NCBI GenBank assembly: GCA_013377115.1 | Contig: JACAAW010000001.1 | Span: 17,063 to 81,062 of the forward strand | Reading direction: 5' to 3' | Source of the DNA: Bacteroidota bacterium | Lineage (GTDB): Bacteria; Bacteroidota; Bacteroidia; Bacteroidales; CG2-30-32-10 | Length of the DNA stretch: 64,000 nt | Part shown: positions 32,953 through 41,830 of the stretch, piece after piece | Layout of the letters: every line of letters starts with the position of its first letter | Position numbering within the stretch: position 1 is the first letter of the stretch | Translations under genes and position numbers: made by a program | Notes under the pieces: generated by a model | Database searches by the model: none | What the model saw: only the letters and a program-made list of their open reading frames with translations | Told to the model about the DNA's origin: nothing

Positions 32953-35058
32953 TTAAACTTGCCAAGTTTTTGTGTAAGTAGAACCAATAACTCCCTTTTT
33001 GCAAAGTTTTGTCGTCATAAATTCTCCTGAGTGTTTAGCTTGGATTGAAATTGCATCCGATAAAGTTGCATTACAAGAATTTTTAATACAATCTAAAAGT
33101 GCTTTTCTTGCTTGGCTTAGAATTTCATCTTCATTATTTTCTAATCCTGCTATTTCATTTGGAATATCAGAAATTGGATTTTCATTAACTGCTCTTTTTG
33201 CAATTCCATGATCCCCACCTGAAGCAATTTTCAAAGCCATTTTGATTGAGTCTTCAGTAGAACCAGCATAATCAATAAGCCAACCAACAGCATCTTTTGC
33301 TTTTACAGATTTTCCTGATAAAATCAACTTTAGTAAATTTTGATAATTTCCAGCTTGCATTTTTCTAAATGGCCAGTGACAGCCTTCCATTCCTGGTATT
33401 ACTGGCAAAGTAACTTCTGGCATGCCCAAAGCTGCATTTTCTTCTGCAACTAAATAATGACAATGAACCATTAATTCAAGGAATCCACCCAAACAGCGTT
33501 TTCCATTGATAAATCCAACAGAATTTTTAAAGTCGGTATGTAAACGTCGTGCAGTTGCTGACCATGCTTTGCTCAATTCAATTCCCTTATTTGCATCTTC
33601 AATTGCAGGGAAAAAATCTGTTGTATCAGCACCAACCATTTGTGTTGAAATATGGAAATCACCAGTGATAATTACGTTTTCGATTCCAGCTGATTTCAAA
33701 TAATCAATGGCTCTGTTTAATTCAGCATTTACATCATGATTATAGCTTTCGCGATTAATAGAAATTACACCAACTTTTCCGTCATGCTCGGCATTTACAT
33801 AAAGTTGTTGCCATTCTGGACTACCAATTTTATCAAATTCTTTTGGATACCAAGCATTTTTAGCCGCTTCTGGCTGAAGTTTATGATAATCGCTTACAAT
33901 TTTGCGAGCGGCATCAGCACCATAATGTCGAATAAGTGCAAGTACGCCTTTTCTAAATTGAGCACATAATTCACCAATTAAATTCATTTGTGAAAGATGC
34001 GAGCGATTTTCATGAAGCATCAAGCTGGTCATTTGGAACAATGGACCGAGAATCCATGCATCAAATTCTGCAGTTTCTTCTTCGTTCATCGACCAGTCAA
34101 CCATTGGTCTGAAATGATCAAGTGGATACCAGTTTGAACCGCTTTCTTTCTTTTCGTTCATGTTGTCACTTGGTGTAAAAAGTTCGCCATAATGTTGACC
34201 TAAATGATGCAAACACGACCAAGTTAGGAAGTTTGCTCCAGCAGCACCAATTGCATCATGCGCTCTGAAAGGATTTGGACCAAAATATTTACGAATATAT
34301 TTATCTATTTTCCAATAAGGCATATTGGTAGTTTCGTTGAATCTAGCAGCTGCACCTGTGAGTCCGCAGAAGAAAACATCAAGAACAAAGGCCCAATTAT
34401 CGCTAACTTGCATTGGAATTAATCCCAAAGCCCATAATAGTTTTGAACTTGAAGAAGGCGTTGATTCAACAATTTCCCAAATTTTATTTACTTCGTGAGG
34501 AAAAGCGGGGTGTGCAATTCCAACTCCTAGTTGTGAACTTGGAAATCCAGAAGTAACAGACCAAATATCGATATCAGGAAAACTTTCTCTGAATGCTTTA
34601 TAATGATCCTTTTTTATTTCGAGAATTTCGGGAATTGCTTCAAGTAAAAATTTAGGATTGTGAGAAGCCAAAGCTTTTGGTAATGTTTTTCCGTCGTATG
34701 AATATTTAATAATATTTCCCATTACTTTATTGGCATTTCCTTTTCCGAATGCTTTAACAAGTCCGGGATATTGTTTTGCAATACCATCTGGTACACCTGG
34801 AAAATCCAGTGCAATAATTGGAATATCGAAAGGTTCCAGTCTTGAACCCAACTGCATTGTTTTTCCTGCGCCAACAATTCCATTGGCTCCTGTAATTACA
34901 AGAGCTCCTCTATTACCTGCTTTTCCAAAAACTTGGTCAACAAGTTCACCTGCTGTAACAGGTAATTTTCCATTTTGAAATATTTCTATAATTGAACCTA
35001 ACCCCAGCGTCTGAAGTGTAGATGATCTCATTTGATTTATCATATATTTTTCCTCCAT
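32953..35058 (-). CDS. fused 3-hydroxyacyl-CoA dehydrogenase (N-terminal) / enoyl-CoA hydratase-fold (C-terminal) protein
   Basis: 701 aa. N-terminal Rossmann-like ITGANGIVGAGKT followed by a HAD-type helical domain. The C-terminal ~260 aa have a crotonase fold (GVISINRESYNHDV.., GKRCLGGFLELMVHCHY). Domain order is the reverse of FadB. Confidence 0.6.
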   Translation of the reverse strand: MEEKYMINQMRSSTLQTLGLGSIIEIFQNGKLPVTAGELVDQVFGKAGNRGALVITGANGIVGAGKTMQLGSRLEPFDIPIIALDFPGVPDGIAKQYPGLVKAFGKGNANKVMGNIIKYSYDGKTLPKALASHNPKFLLEAIPEILEIKKDHYKAFRESFPDIDIWSVTSGFPSSQLGVGIAHPAFPHEVNKIWEIVESTPSSSSKLLWALGLIPMQVSDNWAFVLDVFFCGLTGAAARFNETTNMPYWKIDKYIRKYFGPNPFRAHDAIGAAGANFLTWSCLHHLGQHYGELFTPSDNMNEKKESGSNWYPLDHFRPMVDWSMNEEETAEFDAWILGPLFQMTSLMLHENRSHLSQMNLIGELCAQFRKGVLALIRHYGADAARKIVSDYHKLQPEAAKNAWYPKEFDKIGSPEWQQLYVNAEHDGKVGVISINRESYNHDVNAELNRAIDYLKSAGIENVIITGDFHISTQMVGADTTDFFPAIEDANKGIELSKAWSATARRLHTDFKNSVGFINGKRCLGGFLELMVHCHYLVAEENAALGMPEVTLPVIPGMEGCHWPFRKMQAGNYQNLLKLILSGKSVKAKDAVGWLIDYAGSTEDSIKMALKIASGGDHGIAKRAVNENPISDIPNEIAGLENNEDEILSQARKALLDCIKNSCNATLSDAISIQAKHSGEFMTTKLCKKGVIGSTYTKTWQV

Positions 35059-35064
35059 CGTTAG

Positions 35065-36261
35065 TTAAGAAACTCTAAAAATACCTGCAGTGCCAACGTC
35101 TCCAGCTGCACAACCAAATATCAATACAAATCCACCACCTAAATCAACAGCTTCTTCGAGAGCTTCGATAAGGGTTCTTGTAAGCGTTGGTGCTTGTGGA
35201 TGTCCCCAAACAAGAGAACATCCAGTATTGTTCATTTTTGCCCAATCGTAATTCATTGTTTTAGCAAAAATAGCATCATTCACTGCAAAAGGATTGTGGT
35301 TCTTAACAACCGCCATATCATTCAATGTTAATCCAGTGCGATCAAGAAGTTTTTTAACTGCCATTCCCGGAGCTTCTGGCATCAAACCAGGTCCAGTACG
35401 AATATCAACTTTTGCGATAAATTCGATATTAATTTCTGGTCGAGTACTTAGTTCTTTCGCTTTTTCAATAGAAGAAACAAGTAGAGTTGCCATTCCATCT
35501 GCAGCATGAGTTTGAGTTCCTGAAGTAATACAAGTATCCAATTCTCTTTGTTCTCTGAGTGTTTGAAGTGAAATTTCGCGAACGCCAACATCTTCGCTAA
35601 TTGTTCCTAAAAGTCGGCCTTGTACATTCAATACATCAAATGAAAACAAGCATTTATCTAAGAAGCCAGATTTTTTTGTATCAAAATATTGTTTATAACG
35701 TAAGTAGGTAAGTTCATCAACTTCTGCTCTGTCAATTTTGTATTTACGAGCAGTCATACCGGCAGTTGAAAGCATTGAACTACCTGTAGAAGGATCAAAA
35801 CCGAAATTATCCCAAACATCGGCAATTACTTCTGTTCTTCTGTAAGAGCGACGTTCTGGAAAAACTCCAACTGGCGAATCACTTGTTCTATCAAAGGTTA
35901 AAACTCCGGCAACATCATAGGATTTTGAATTCACTTCTGATCCGGCAACTATCACAGCACTAAGTCCTGTGGCACAAGCTTGTTCCATTTGGAAACCAGG
36001 GATTCTTTGTCCCATGCAACTTGCCACAGCAGGTCCATTCCAAAATTTCCAATGCCATGGAACAGTAGATCCGATAACAAGATATTCAAGTTCTTTCCGA
36101 CGAACTTTTCGTTTTCCTAATATATTTGCCATTGCCTCTCCAGCAAACTGGCCAATATTCACCTCAGCTAAAGGTGATGTTTGCCATCCTGGGAAATAAC
36201 TACTTCCCCAAGTTCCGTATGGAATCCTAGCAAATGGAAACATTGATTCAACTAATTTCAT
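35065..36261 (-). CDS. divergent thiolase-family protein
   Basis: 398 aa. Nucleophile context MEQACATGL, C-terminal GHPQAP and FGCAAGD. The sequence is far from canonical thiolase II. Confidence 0.65.
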   Translation of the reverse strand: MKLVESMFPFARIPYGTWGSSYFPGWQTSPLAEVNIGQFAGEAMANILGKRKVRRKELEYLVIGSTVPWHWKFWNGPAVASCMGQRIPGFQMEQACATGLSAVIVAGSEVNSKSYDVAGVLTFDRTSDSPVGVFPERRSYRRTEVIADVWDNFGFDPSTGSSMLSTAGMTARKYKIDRAEVDELTYLRYKQYFDTKKSGFLDKCLFSFDVLNVQGRLLGTISEDVGVREISLQTLREQRELDTCITSGTQTHAADGMATLLVSSIEKAKELSTRPEINIEFIAKVDIRTGPGLMPEAPGMAVKKLLDRTGLTLNDMAVVKNHNPFAVNDAIFAKTMNYDWAKMNNTGCSLVWGHPQAPTLTRTLIEALEEAVDLGGGFVLIFGCAAGDVGTAGIFRVS

Positions 36262-36295
36262 TTTTACGCCTCCTTTATGTTTTCTTTTTTTTTCT

Positions 36296-37042
36296 TTATT
36301 TCGTATTTAACAAAACACAACCATATGCCGCCAAAAACTGTGACTTTTCAGGACTTTCTGTGTTTTTAAACTTATCTTTAAACAATTTCAATATCATTGG
36401 ATGGTTATCAGGAATTCCACCAGTTACGACCAAAAAGTCTTCAACCAATGCCAATTCGAAACTTCTTTCAATGATTGAATTATAAATTCCCAAAACGATA
36501 CTTGGCATATTGGATCCATTTTTTATCATCCCAATAATTTCCGAAACAGCGAAAACAGTGCAAAAACTATTAATTCGAATTTCTTCAGTTGCTTTCTCGG
36601 CAAATTCATTGAATTCTAATGCTGAAATATCTAAGCGAAAAGCTATTTCTTCCAAAAATGAACCAGTACCAGCAGCACATTTTCGATTCATTTTAAATTT
36701 ATCAACTTGACCTTCTGCGTTAATTTTCACAAACTTTGTATCCTGACCGCCAATATCAATTACGGAACATGGCTTTTTGTAAATATCAAAAACAGCTTTG
36801 GACAATGCAATTATCTCAGAATTGGAAACCAAAGGAACCGTAAGCTTTTCGCGGCCATAGCCACAGGTAAAAATTGGATATTCGATTTCATGCTGGGCAG
36901 AAAAATGGTCAATTACTTTTTTTGAAGCTTTATCAAAGTCAAAACCAGTGCGGCCAACAAAATAATCGACAATAGCGTTATCTTCGTTAACGAGAACACC
37001 TTTGGTAAATGAAGATCCTAAATCAATTCCTATTCGGTACAT
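36296..37042 (-). CDS. BcrAD/BadFG/HgdC-family ATPase (electron-transfer activator)
   Basis: 248 aa. Actin-fold phosphate-1 motif IGIDLGSSFTKG, IDIGGQDTK, and cluster-bridging Cys contexts NRKCAAGTGSFLE and NSFCTVFAVSE. Confidence 0.85.
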   Translation of the reverse strand: MYRIGIDLGSSFTKGVLVNEDNAIVDYFVGRTGFDFDKASKKVIDHFSAQHEIEYPIFTCGYGREKLTVPLVSNSEIIALSKAVFDIYKKPCSVIDIGGQDTKFVKINAEGQVDKFKMNRKCAAGTGSFLEEIAFRLDISALEFNEFAEKATEEIRINSFCTVFAVSEIIGMIKNGSNMPSIVLGIYNSIIERSFELALVEDFLVVTGGIPDNHPMILKLFKDKFKNTESPEKSQFLAAYGCVLLNTK

Positions 37043-37092
37043 TATATATTTTTTACATTTAGATTTAAAAATAATGTAAATCTAAGAGAAAA

Positions 37093-38328
37093 TTATTTTC
37101 TATTTGCCAATTGTTGAATAAACGTTTCTATTGAAATAATGCTTTGCTCTTCGCTGTAGCACCTTGAATCATTCAAATCGCCATGAATTTCAATAAAAGG
37201 AACCTTGGTTTTTTCTAATAATCTATTTTGCAAACCGTATCTGTTGTTCGAGTTACGTGGACAAGTTTTGGATTCATGATAAATAATTCCGTCAATCGAA
37301 AATTCTGATAGAAGATTTGTCAAAACTTTTTCCTTTTCCTCGTCGGCTCTTACAATAAATAATTTGCAATAGGCCAATGCCGAAGATTCAAAAGGATCTG
37401 CTGGGTCTAAGGCATCAAAAATCCAGCTATTGCAATAGGTTGAAGCGACAATACAAGTGTCGAGACTTGCAAACATCTTAGCATTGCTGCTTAATTTGTA
37501 CCACAATGGCATTCCGTCCCAGTAAAGTCTTAGTTTTTCGTTTGGAACTGCACTAATTCCGTTCCTCACTCTTTCTTGAAGTTCTGCAAGTAAAATTTTA
37601 TAATAATCAACAGCATGCTGAGTTCCACGCATCACAACGATTGGTCCCATGTGAATCGCTGAATCAAAAAAGTTGATTGGTGATGGCTTATTTTTCGCTG
37701 TTTCTAAAACTTGACGCCAAAGCACGCAACCATCATGAGATAATTTTATCGTTTCTCTGAATTTGTCAATGTCGAATTTTTGCGTTGCAACCTTTTCCAA
37801 TTCAGGAATAATTTCTTTGAATTGTTCTGCAACAGATTTTATGATGCTTGGCGTGAGCTCGTTTATACAAAGTGGTGTATTGATCTCTAAAATAGGAACT
37901 TTAAAATACCTGGCGTAATATGAAAACCAATCTCCAACCTCGCGGCATTGATTGGTATTATAAACCAAAATATCTGGTGTTGGCACCGATTTGAATCCAC
38001 TTTTTTGAAGCGGTGTTTCGTTTTGCAAAAATGCACCAATATCGCTTGTTAAATACGAACAAATATCTGGTGAAAAACCATGAGCAACAGCTGTAGGAAT
38101 ATATTTATCAGCAGTTTTTGAAGCTCCCAACATGGCACCATGATTTTCAGGAAAATAAACTTCAAATCCCATGGAATAAAGCAATTCTGCCGGACCAACA
38201 CTTGTGCACCAGACAATTTTTTTATTCTTGGTTTCGTCAGCGGTTTTTAGTCGGTTAAAATAATCATCCATAGTAACACGGAGATTACCAACAGATTGAA
38301 GTTTTACTATTTCAGGTTTTTCTTGCAT
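37093..38328 (-). CDS. single-subunit member of the benzoyl-CoA reductase / 2-hydroxyacyl-CoA dehydratase family (double-cubane-cluster-protein-like)
   Basis: 411 aa. Family N-terminal signature IVWCTSVGPAELLYSMGFEVYFPENHGA and multiple conserved-looking Cys. Only one such subunit lies next to one activator gene. Confidence 0.7.
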   Translation of the reverse strand: MQEKPEIVKLQSVGNLRVTMDDYFNRLKTADETKNKKIVWCTSVGPAELLYSMGFEVYFPENHGAMLGASKTADKYIPTAVAHGFSPDICSYLTSDIGAFLQNETPLQKSGFKSVPTPDILVYNTNQCREVGDWFSYYARYFKVPILEINTPLCINELTPSIIKSVAEQFKEIIPELEKVATQKFDIDKFRETIKLSHDGCVLWRQVLETAKNKPSPINFFDSAIHMGPIVVMRGTQHAVDYYKILLAELQERVRNGISAVPNEKLRLYWDGMPLWYKLSSNAKMFASLDTCIVASTYCNSWIFDALDPADPFESSALAYCKLFIVRADEEKEKVLTNLLSEFSIDGIIYHESKTCPRNSNNRYGLQNRLLEKTKVPFIEIHGDLNDSRCYSEEQSIISIETFIQQLANRK

Positions 38329-38330
38329 CG

Positions 38331-39104
38331 TTATTTATTTTTCCAAACTGGTTTTCTTTTTTCTAAGAATGAATTAATCCCTTCGTTTGCATCTTCGGTT
38401 TCCATCAACTCTTTTACAAACATATCAGTAAAAGCAGGCAGATTTTTATTCATGAAATAATCGAAAGAAGCACGGGCAGCGCGAGTTGCATATTTTAATG
38501 ATACTGCACTTTTGGTACAAATATTACTTGTAATCCATTTTTCAGTTTCTGCTTCCAACATTTCTTTGTCTTCAAATACCTCATTGAGCAAACCAAGGTT
38601 TTTTGCTTCATCAGCAGAAATAATTTTCCCTGTAATTAAAAGTTCCTCAGCTTTTGCATTTCCAATTTTCAATGGCAACATAATTGAGGCTGGCGGAGCA
38701 AAAACGCCAAGAACAATTTCTGGTTGACCTAATTTTGCTGATTTATCTGCAAACATAAAATTACAAACCAATGCTAATTCGAGACCTCCACCCAAACACT
38801 GACCAGAAATTTTAGACATGGTTGGAATATGAAGTTCAACTATTGTTTGGAATATTTTATGAAAAGTAGTGAGCATTTTTAATGCATTTTCTTTGGTATG
38901 TTCTTCAACACTGGCTCCAAATGAAAAATGTTTTCCTGCTCCCTCAAAAGTAATGAGTTTTAAATCGTTTCTGGTTTTGTACGAAACTAAAAGTTCAATC
39001 AGTTCATTCATCATGATATCATCAATAACATTGCCCTTACCGTCATCGAGAACAATTCTTGCGACGGTGTTTTCGTATAAATATTCTACTTTTATTTTTT
39101 GCAT
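38331..39104 (-). CDS. dch: enoyl-CoA hydratase-fold protein; candidate cyclohexa-1,5-diene-1-carbonyl-CoA hydratase
   Basis: 257 aa crotonase (GAGKHFSFGASVEEH, CLGGGLELALVC) in the same operon as the had and oah homologues. Substrate is inferred from context only. Confidence 0.55.
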   Translation of the reverse strand: MQKIKVEYLYENTVARIVLDDGKGNVIDDIMMNELIELLVSYKTRNDLKLITFEGAGKHFSFGASVEEHTKENALKMLTTFHKIFQTIVELHIPTMSKISGQCLGGGLELALVCNFMFADKSAKLGQPEIVLGVFAPPASIMLPLKIGNAKAEELLITGKIISADEAKNLGLLNEVFEDKEMLEAETEKWITSNICTKSAVSLKYATRAARASFDYFMNKNLPAFTDMFVKELMETEDANEGINSFLEKRKPVWKNK

Positions 39105-39110
39105 TGTATT

Positions 39111-39140
39111 AAAATGTTTGTTGTTCTTTGTTTTATGTTT
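39111..39140. repeat. left inverted repeat flanking the four-helix-bundle gene
   Basis: aaaatgtttgttgttctttgttttatgttt. Its reverse complement matches 39599-39634 (a 15-nt exact block aacataaaacaaaga plus a 7-nt block caaacat). Confidence 0.75.
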
Positions 39141-39549
39141 ATTGTTCTATATTGGTCGTTTTATGAAACTTTGTACCTTTATACTGAGAATTTTTCAGAT
39201 AAGTAATTAACCCTCCAGATTTTGAAATTATTTCTTCACAAATTTGAGAATTGATTTTAAATTCCTCTTCCGAAATATATTTCCAATCAATGGCTCTGTA
39301 TAATTGTGATCGACATTCATTGCATGAACCAAGTGCTATACTCAAAAAATTAACAAATTCTTTGTTTCCCCCTCTTCCATAGCCTTCAGCAATATTATCC
39401 ATAATTGAACCACTTGAAGATTTTATTTGGTCTCTAAATCTGAAATCTTTTTGAAAAGAACCCTTTTCTGTTATCTCAAAAATATTAACACACAATTTTC
39501 TTGCAAGTTGCCATATTTCTAAATCTTCAAATCTTTTAAAAGTCGCCAT
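39139..39549 (-). CDS. four-helix-bundle protein (23S rRNA intervening-sequence protein family)
   Basis: 136 aa. FEDLEIWQLARKL.., RFRDQIKSSSGSIMDNIAEGYGR, ALGSCNECRSQL are typical of the PF05635-type family. Confidence 0.8.
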   Translation of the reverse strand: MATFKRFEDLEIWQLARKLCVNIFEITEKGSFQKDFRFRDQIKSSSGSIMDNIAEGYGRGGNKEFVNFLSIALGSCNECRSQLYRAIDWKYISEEEFKINSQICEEIISKSGGLITYLKNSQYKGTKFHKTTNIEQ

Positions 39550-39598
39550 TTCAAATTGATAAGTTCAATGTTGATTATCAGTAATTTAATATGGTTTT

Positions 39599-39634
39599 AA
39601 CATAAAACAAAGATCCTCAAACATAAAACATTTT
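39599..39634. repeat. right inverted repeat flanking the four-helix-bundle gene
   Basis: aacataaaacaaagatcctcaaacataaaacatttt, partner of 39111-39140. Confidence 0.75.
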
Positions 39635-39639
39635 TTAGT

Positions 39640-40722
39640 TTATTGAAATTGTGGCGAAATCGTTTTTATCAATTCATCATTCCACTCATGACCTTCAGCA
39701 AGCATTTGGCGTAATTTTACAAAATCAGCTTCTCTATTGTCTTTTGGACCATCATTGAATGCTCTGAAACCAGCTTTTCCTTCTGTCATCATGTTTAAAG
39801 CTAACCAATCTCTGTGGCTTTCTTTGTTCATATCCCAGAAAGCAAGTTTATGCATTCTAAGAGCATTAATGGTTTTGCTTAAACAATTTGGCATTGTATA
39901 AAGTAATTTTGTACAACATTTTTCAACGGCTTCGTCTAATGCTGTCAAATCAACAACACCAGATTTCATGATTTCTTTTCCTTTTGCTAAATCATCACCA
40001 GATTTTGATCTGCCATAAACAATTTGACCTCTATCGTCAACCCATTTATCAACAACAACCATTGGGTTTGCTATATATTCGCCATTAACTTTTAAAGCAG
40101 GAACTACTTCAGTTAGTAAACCTAAACGTAAAGCTTCATGAGCCGACCATGGATCGCAAACTGTGCAAGAATACATTGCATTTTCAATACCAACTAAAAG
40201 AGGTAAGAAATCTGTTGAACCACCAATTGGTGCACTTCCATGTTTAGGACCAGCTTGACCAAAACGGGCTAAATCCTGAGAAATAGAGAAATCGCAAGCC
40301 ATTCCAATTTCTTGTCCACCACCAATTCTCATTCCATTAACTCTGCAGATAACAGGTTTGTCATTCATTAAAATTGAAGAAACCATGTCATTAAACAAAC
40401 GCATGTATTGTTTGTATTCTTGAGGATTTCCAGCATAATATTCTGCGTATTCTTTAGTGTTTCCACCTGTACAGAATGCTTTATCTCCAACTCCAGTGAA
40501 AACAACAGCAACCACGCTTCTATCATTAGAAGATTCGCGCATTGCAAGAATTACTTCTTTAACTGCATCAGTTGTGTAAGAATTGTATTGACTTGGATTG
40601 TTTAGAATAATCCAGGCATTGAATAAACCTTTTATTGCATTTCCATGTTTATCTTTACAAGGGCGCAATTCATAAATAATGTTTTGGTATTCGTGCTTTA
40701 CTAAATTGTGACTTGATAACAT
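39640..40722 (-). CDS. oah: 6-oxocyclohex-1-ene-1-carbonyl-CoA hydrolase (ring-cleaving; Oah/BamA)
   Basis: 360 aa, an enlarged crotonase. It contains QYNSYTT and GGGQEIGMACDF about 90 aa apart. These are the peptides encoded by the bamA marker primers SP9/ASP1 as I recall them. Confidence 0.85.
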   Translation of the reverse strand: MLSSHNLVKHEYQNIIYELRPCKDKHGNAIKGLFNAWIILNNPSQYNSYTTDAVKEVILAMRESSNDRSVVAVVFTGVGDKAFCTGGNTKEYAEYYAGNPQEYKQYMRLFNDMVSSILMNDKPVICRVNGMRIGGGQEIGMACDFSISQDLARFGQAGPKHGSAPIGGSTDFLPLLVGIENAMYSCTVCDPWSAHEALRLGLLTEVVPALKVNGEYIANPMVVVDKWVDDRGQIVYGRSKSGDDLAKGKEIMKSGVVDLTALDEAVEKCCTKLLYTMPNCLSKTINALRMHKLAFWDMNKESHRDWLALNMMTEGKAGFRAFNDGPKDNREADFVKLRQMLAEGHEWNDELIKTISPQFQ

Positions 40723-40748
40723 AATTCTATATTTTTTAATTATTAATA

Positions 40749-41810
40749 TTATTGATTGTCGGGGACCAAAATAGACCTTTTTTTGTATTTATGTTCCAAT
40801 GTATTTTTGAATACTTCATTGATTTTCGACATTGGGAAAAGTTCAACAAAATCATTGATTTTCAATTTATCTGTCGCAATTAAATCAATTACTTCTGTAT
40901 ATAATTCAGGTTTGCAACCCCAGGTGCCAATTACTTTTGCATCGAAAGCCATTAAATTACTCAAGCGAACTTCTGGTTTATCCATGGTAAATCCAACAAT
41001 TGATAAAGTTGAAGTAAAGGTAATCAAATTGAATCCCAATTCTTGTCCGGCTTTTGTACCAGACATTTCGAAAATTTTCCAACCAAAGCGAGAAACGCCC
41101 AAGATTTTAACAATCTCTTTTACATTTTCTTTCACGGTTCTAATATCCATACCTTTAATATTGAGAGTGGCATCAATTCCGTTTGCTTTTGCGGTTGCTA
41201 ATTTTTCATTATCAATATCCAAAGCCAAAACTTTGGCACCCATAATTTTTGCGATTAATGCAGCATAAACGCCAACACCGCCAACACCAATAACAATTGC
41301 TAAATCGCCTACCTCCAATTCAGATTTTTTCAATACTTGATAAGGAGTTGAAATTGCATCAGCAACAACAGCTAATTTTTCCAAAGGGTATTTTTCTAAA
41401 ACGGCTTCAGGAACTGGACATAAAAATTTCGCAGGAACTTTGATATGAGAAGCAAAACCTCCATCAAAATCATTTCCTGGCATTAGTTGTTTTTGGCACA
41501 TATTGCTGCGTCCCTTTTTACAAAGTTCACATTCGCCACAAGGAAGAACAGCAGGAATAATCACATTTTTTCCAATCCACTCACTTGGTCCAGCTATGAC
41601 TTTTCCACTAATTTCATGACCAAGAGTTAAAGGCAATTCTTTTTTTGTTTTTACACCAAAATGCCAAAAGCTCAAATCTGTATGGCAAACGCCACAACCA
41701 GAAATTTTTATTAAAGCTTCATCTTGATTGAGTTCTGGTAAAGGACTTTCTACAAGTTGAAAATCAGCTTTTAGCTCCGTCATTTTCCAAGAATACATTT
41801 TTCCTTCCAT
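40749..41810 (-). CDS. had: Zn-dependent alcohol dehydrogenase; candidate 6-hydroxycyclohex-1-ene-1-carbonyl-CoA dehydrogenase
   Basis: 353 aa. Catalytic Zn ligands (GCGVCHTD, GHEISG), structural Zn site CGECELCKKGRSNMC, Rossmann motif GVGGVGV. Immediately upstream of oah. Confidence 0.7.
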   Translation of the reverse strand: MEGKMYSWKMTELKADFQLVESPLPELNQDEALIKISGCGVCHTDLSFWHFGVKTKKELPLTLGHEISGKVIAGPSEWIGKNVIIPAVLPCGECELCKKGRSNMCQKQLMPGNDFDGGFASHIKVPAKFLCPVPEAVLEKYPLEKLAVVADAISTPYQVLKKSELEVGDLAIVIGVGGVGVYAALIAKIMGAKVLALDIDNEKLATAKANGIDATLNIKGMDIRTVKENVKEIVKILGVSRFGWKIFEMSGTKAGQELGFNLITFTSTLSIVGFTMDKPEVRLSNLMAFDAKVIGTWGCKPELYTEVIDLIATDKLKINDFVELFPMSKINEVFKNTLEHKYKKRSILVPDNQ

Positions 41811-41830
41811 ATGATAATGTTATTTGTTTT

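Noticed and set aside
38869-39210. 113-aa plus-strand ORF spanning the dch start and the left inverted repeat
   Set aside because: It is antisense to two supported genes and crosses an intergenic repeat. The sequence is hydrophobic and low-complexity, so it is a shadow ORF.
39139-39549. Possibility that the 23S-IVS-family gene marks an rRNA operon
   Set aside because: The flanking sequence is protein-coding on both sides (oah and dch) with no rRNA-like sequence. I interpret it as a free-standing cassette rather than an rRNA intervening sequence.
40756-41268. 170-aa plus-strand ORF
   Set aside because: It lies entirely antisense to the well-supported Zn-ADH (had) gene. The translation is low-complexity (S/I/F/K-rich), as expected from the reverse frame of an AT-rich gene, so it is a shadow ORF.
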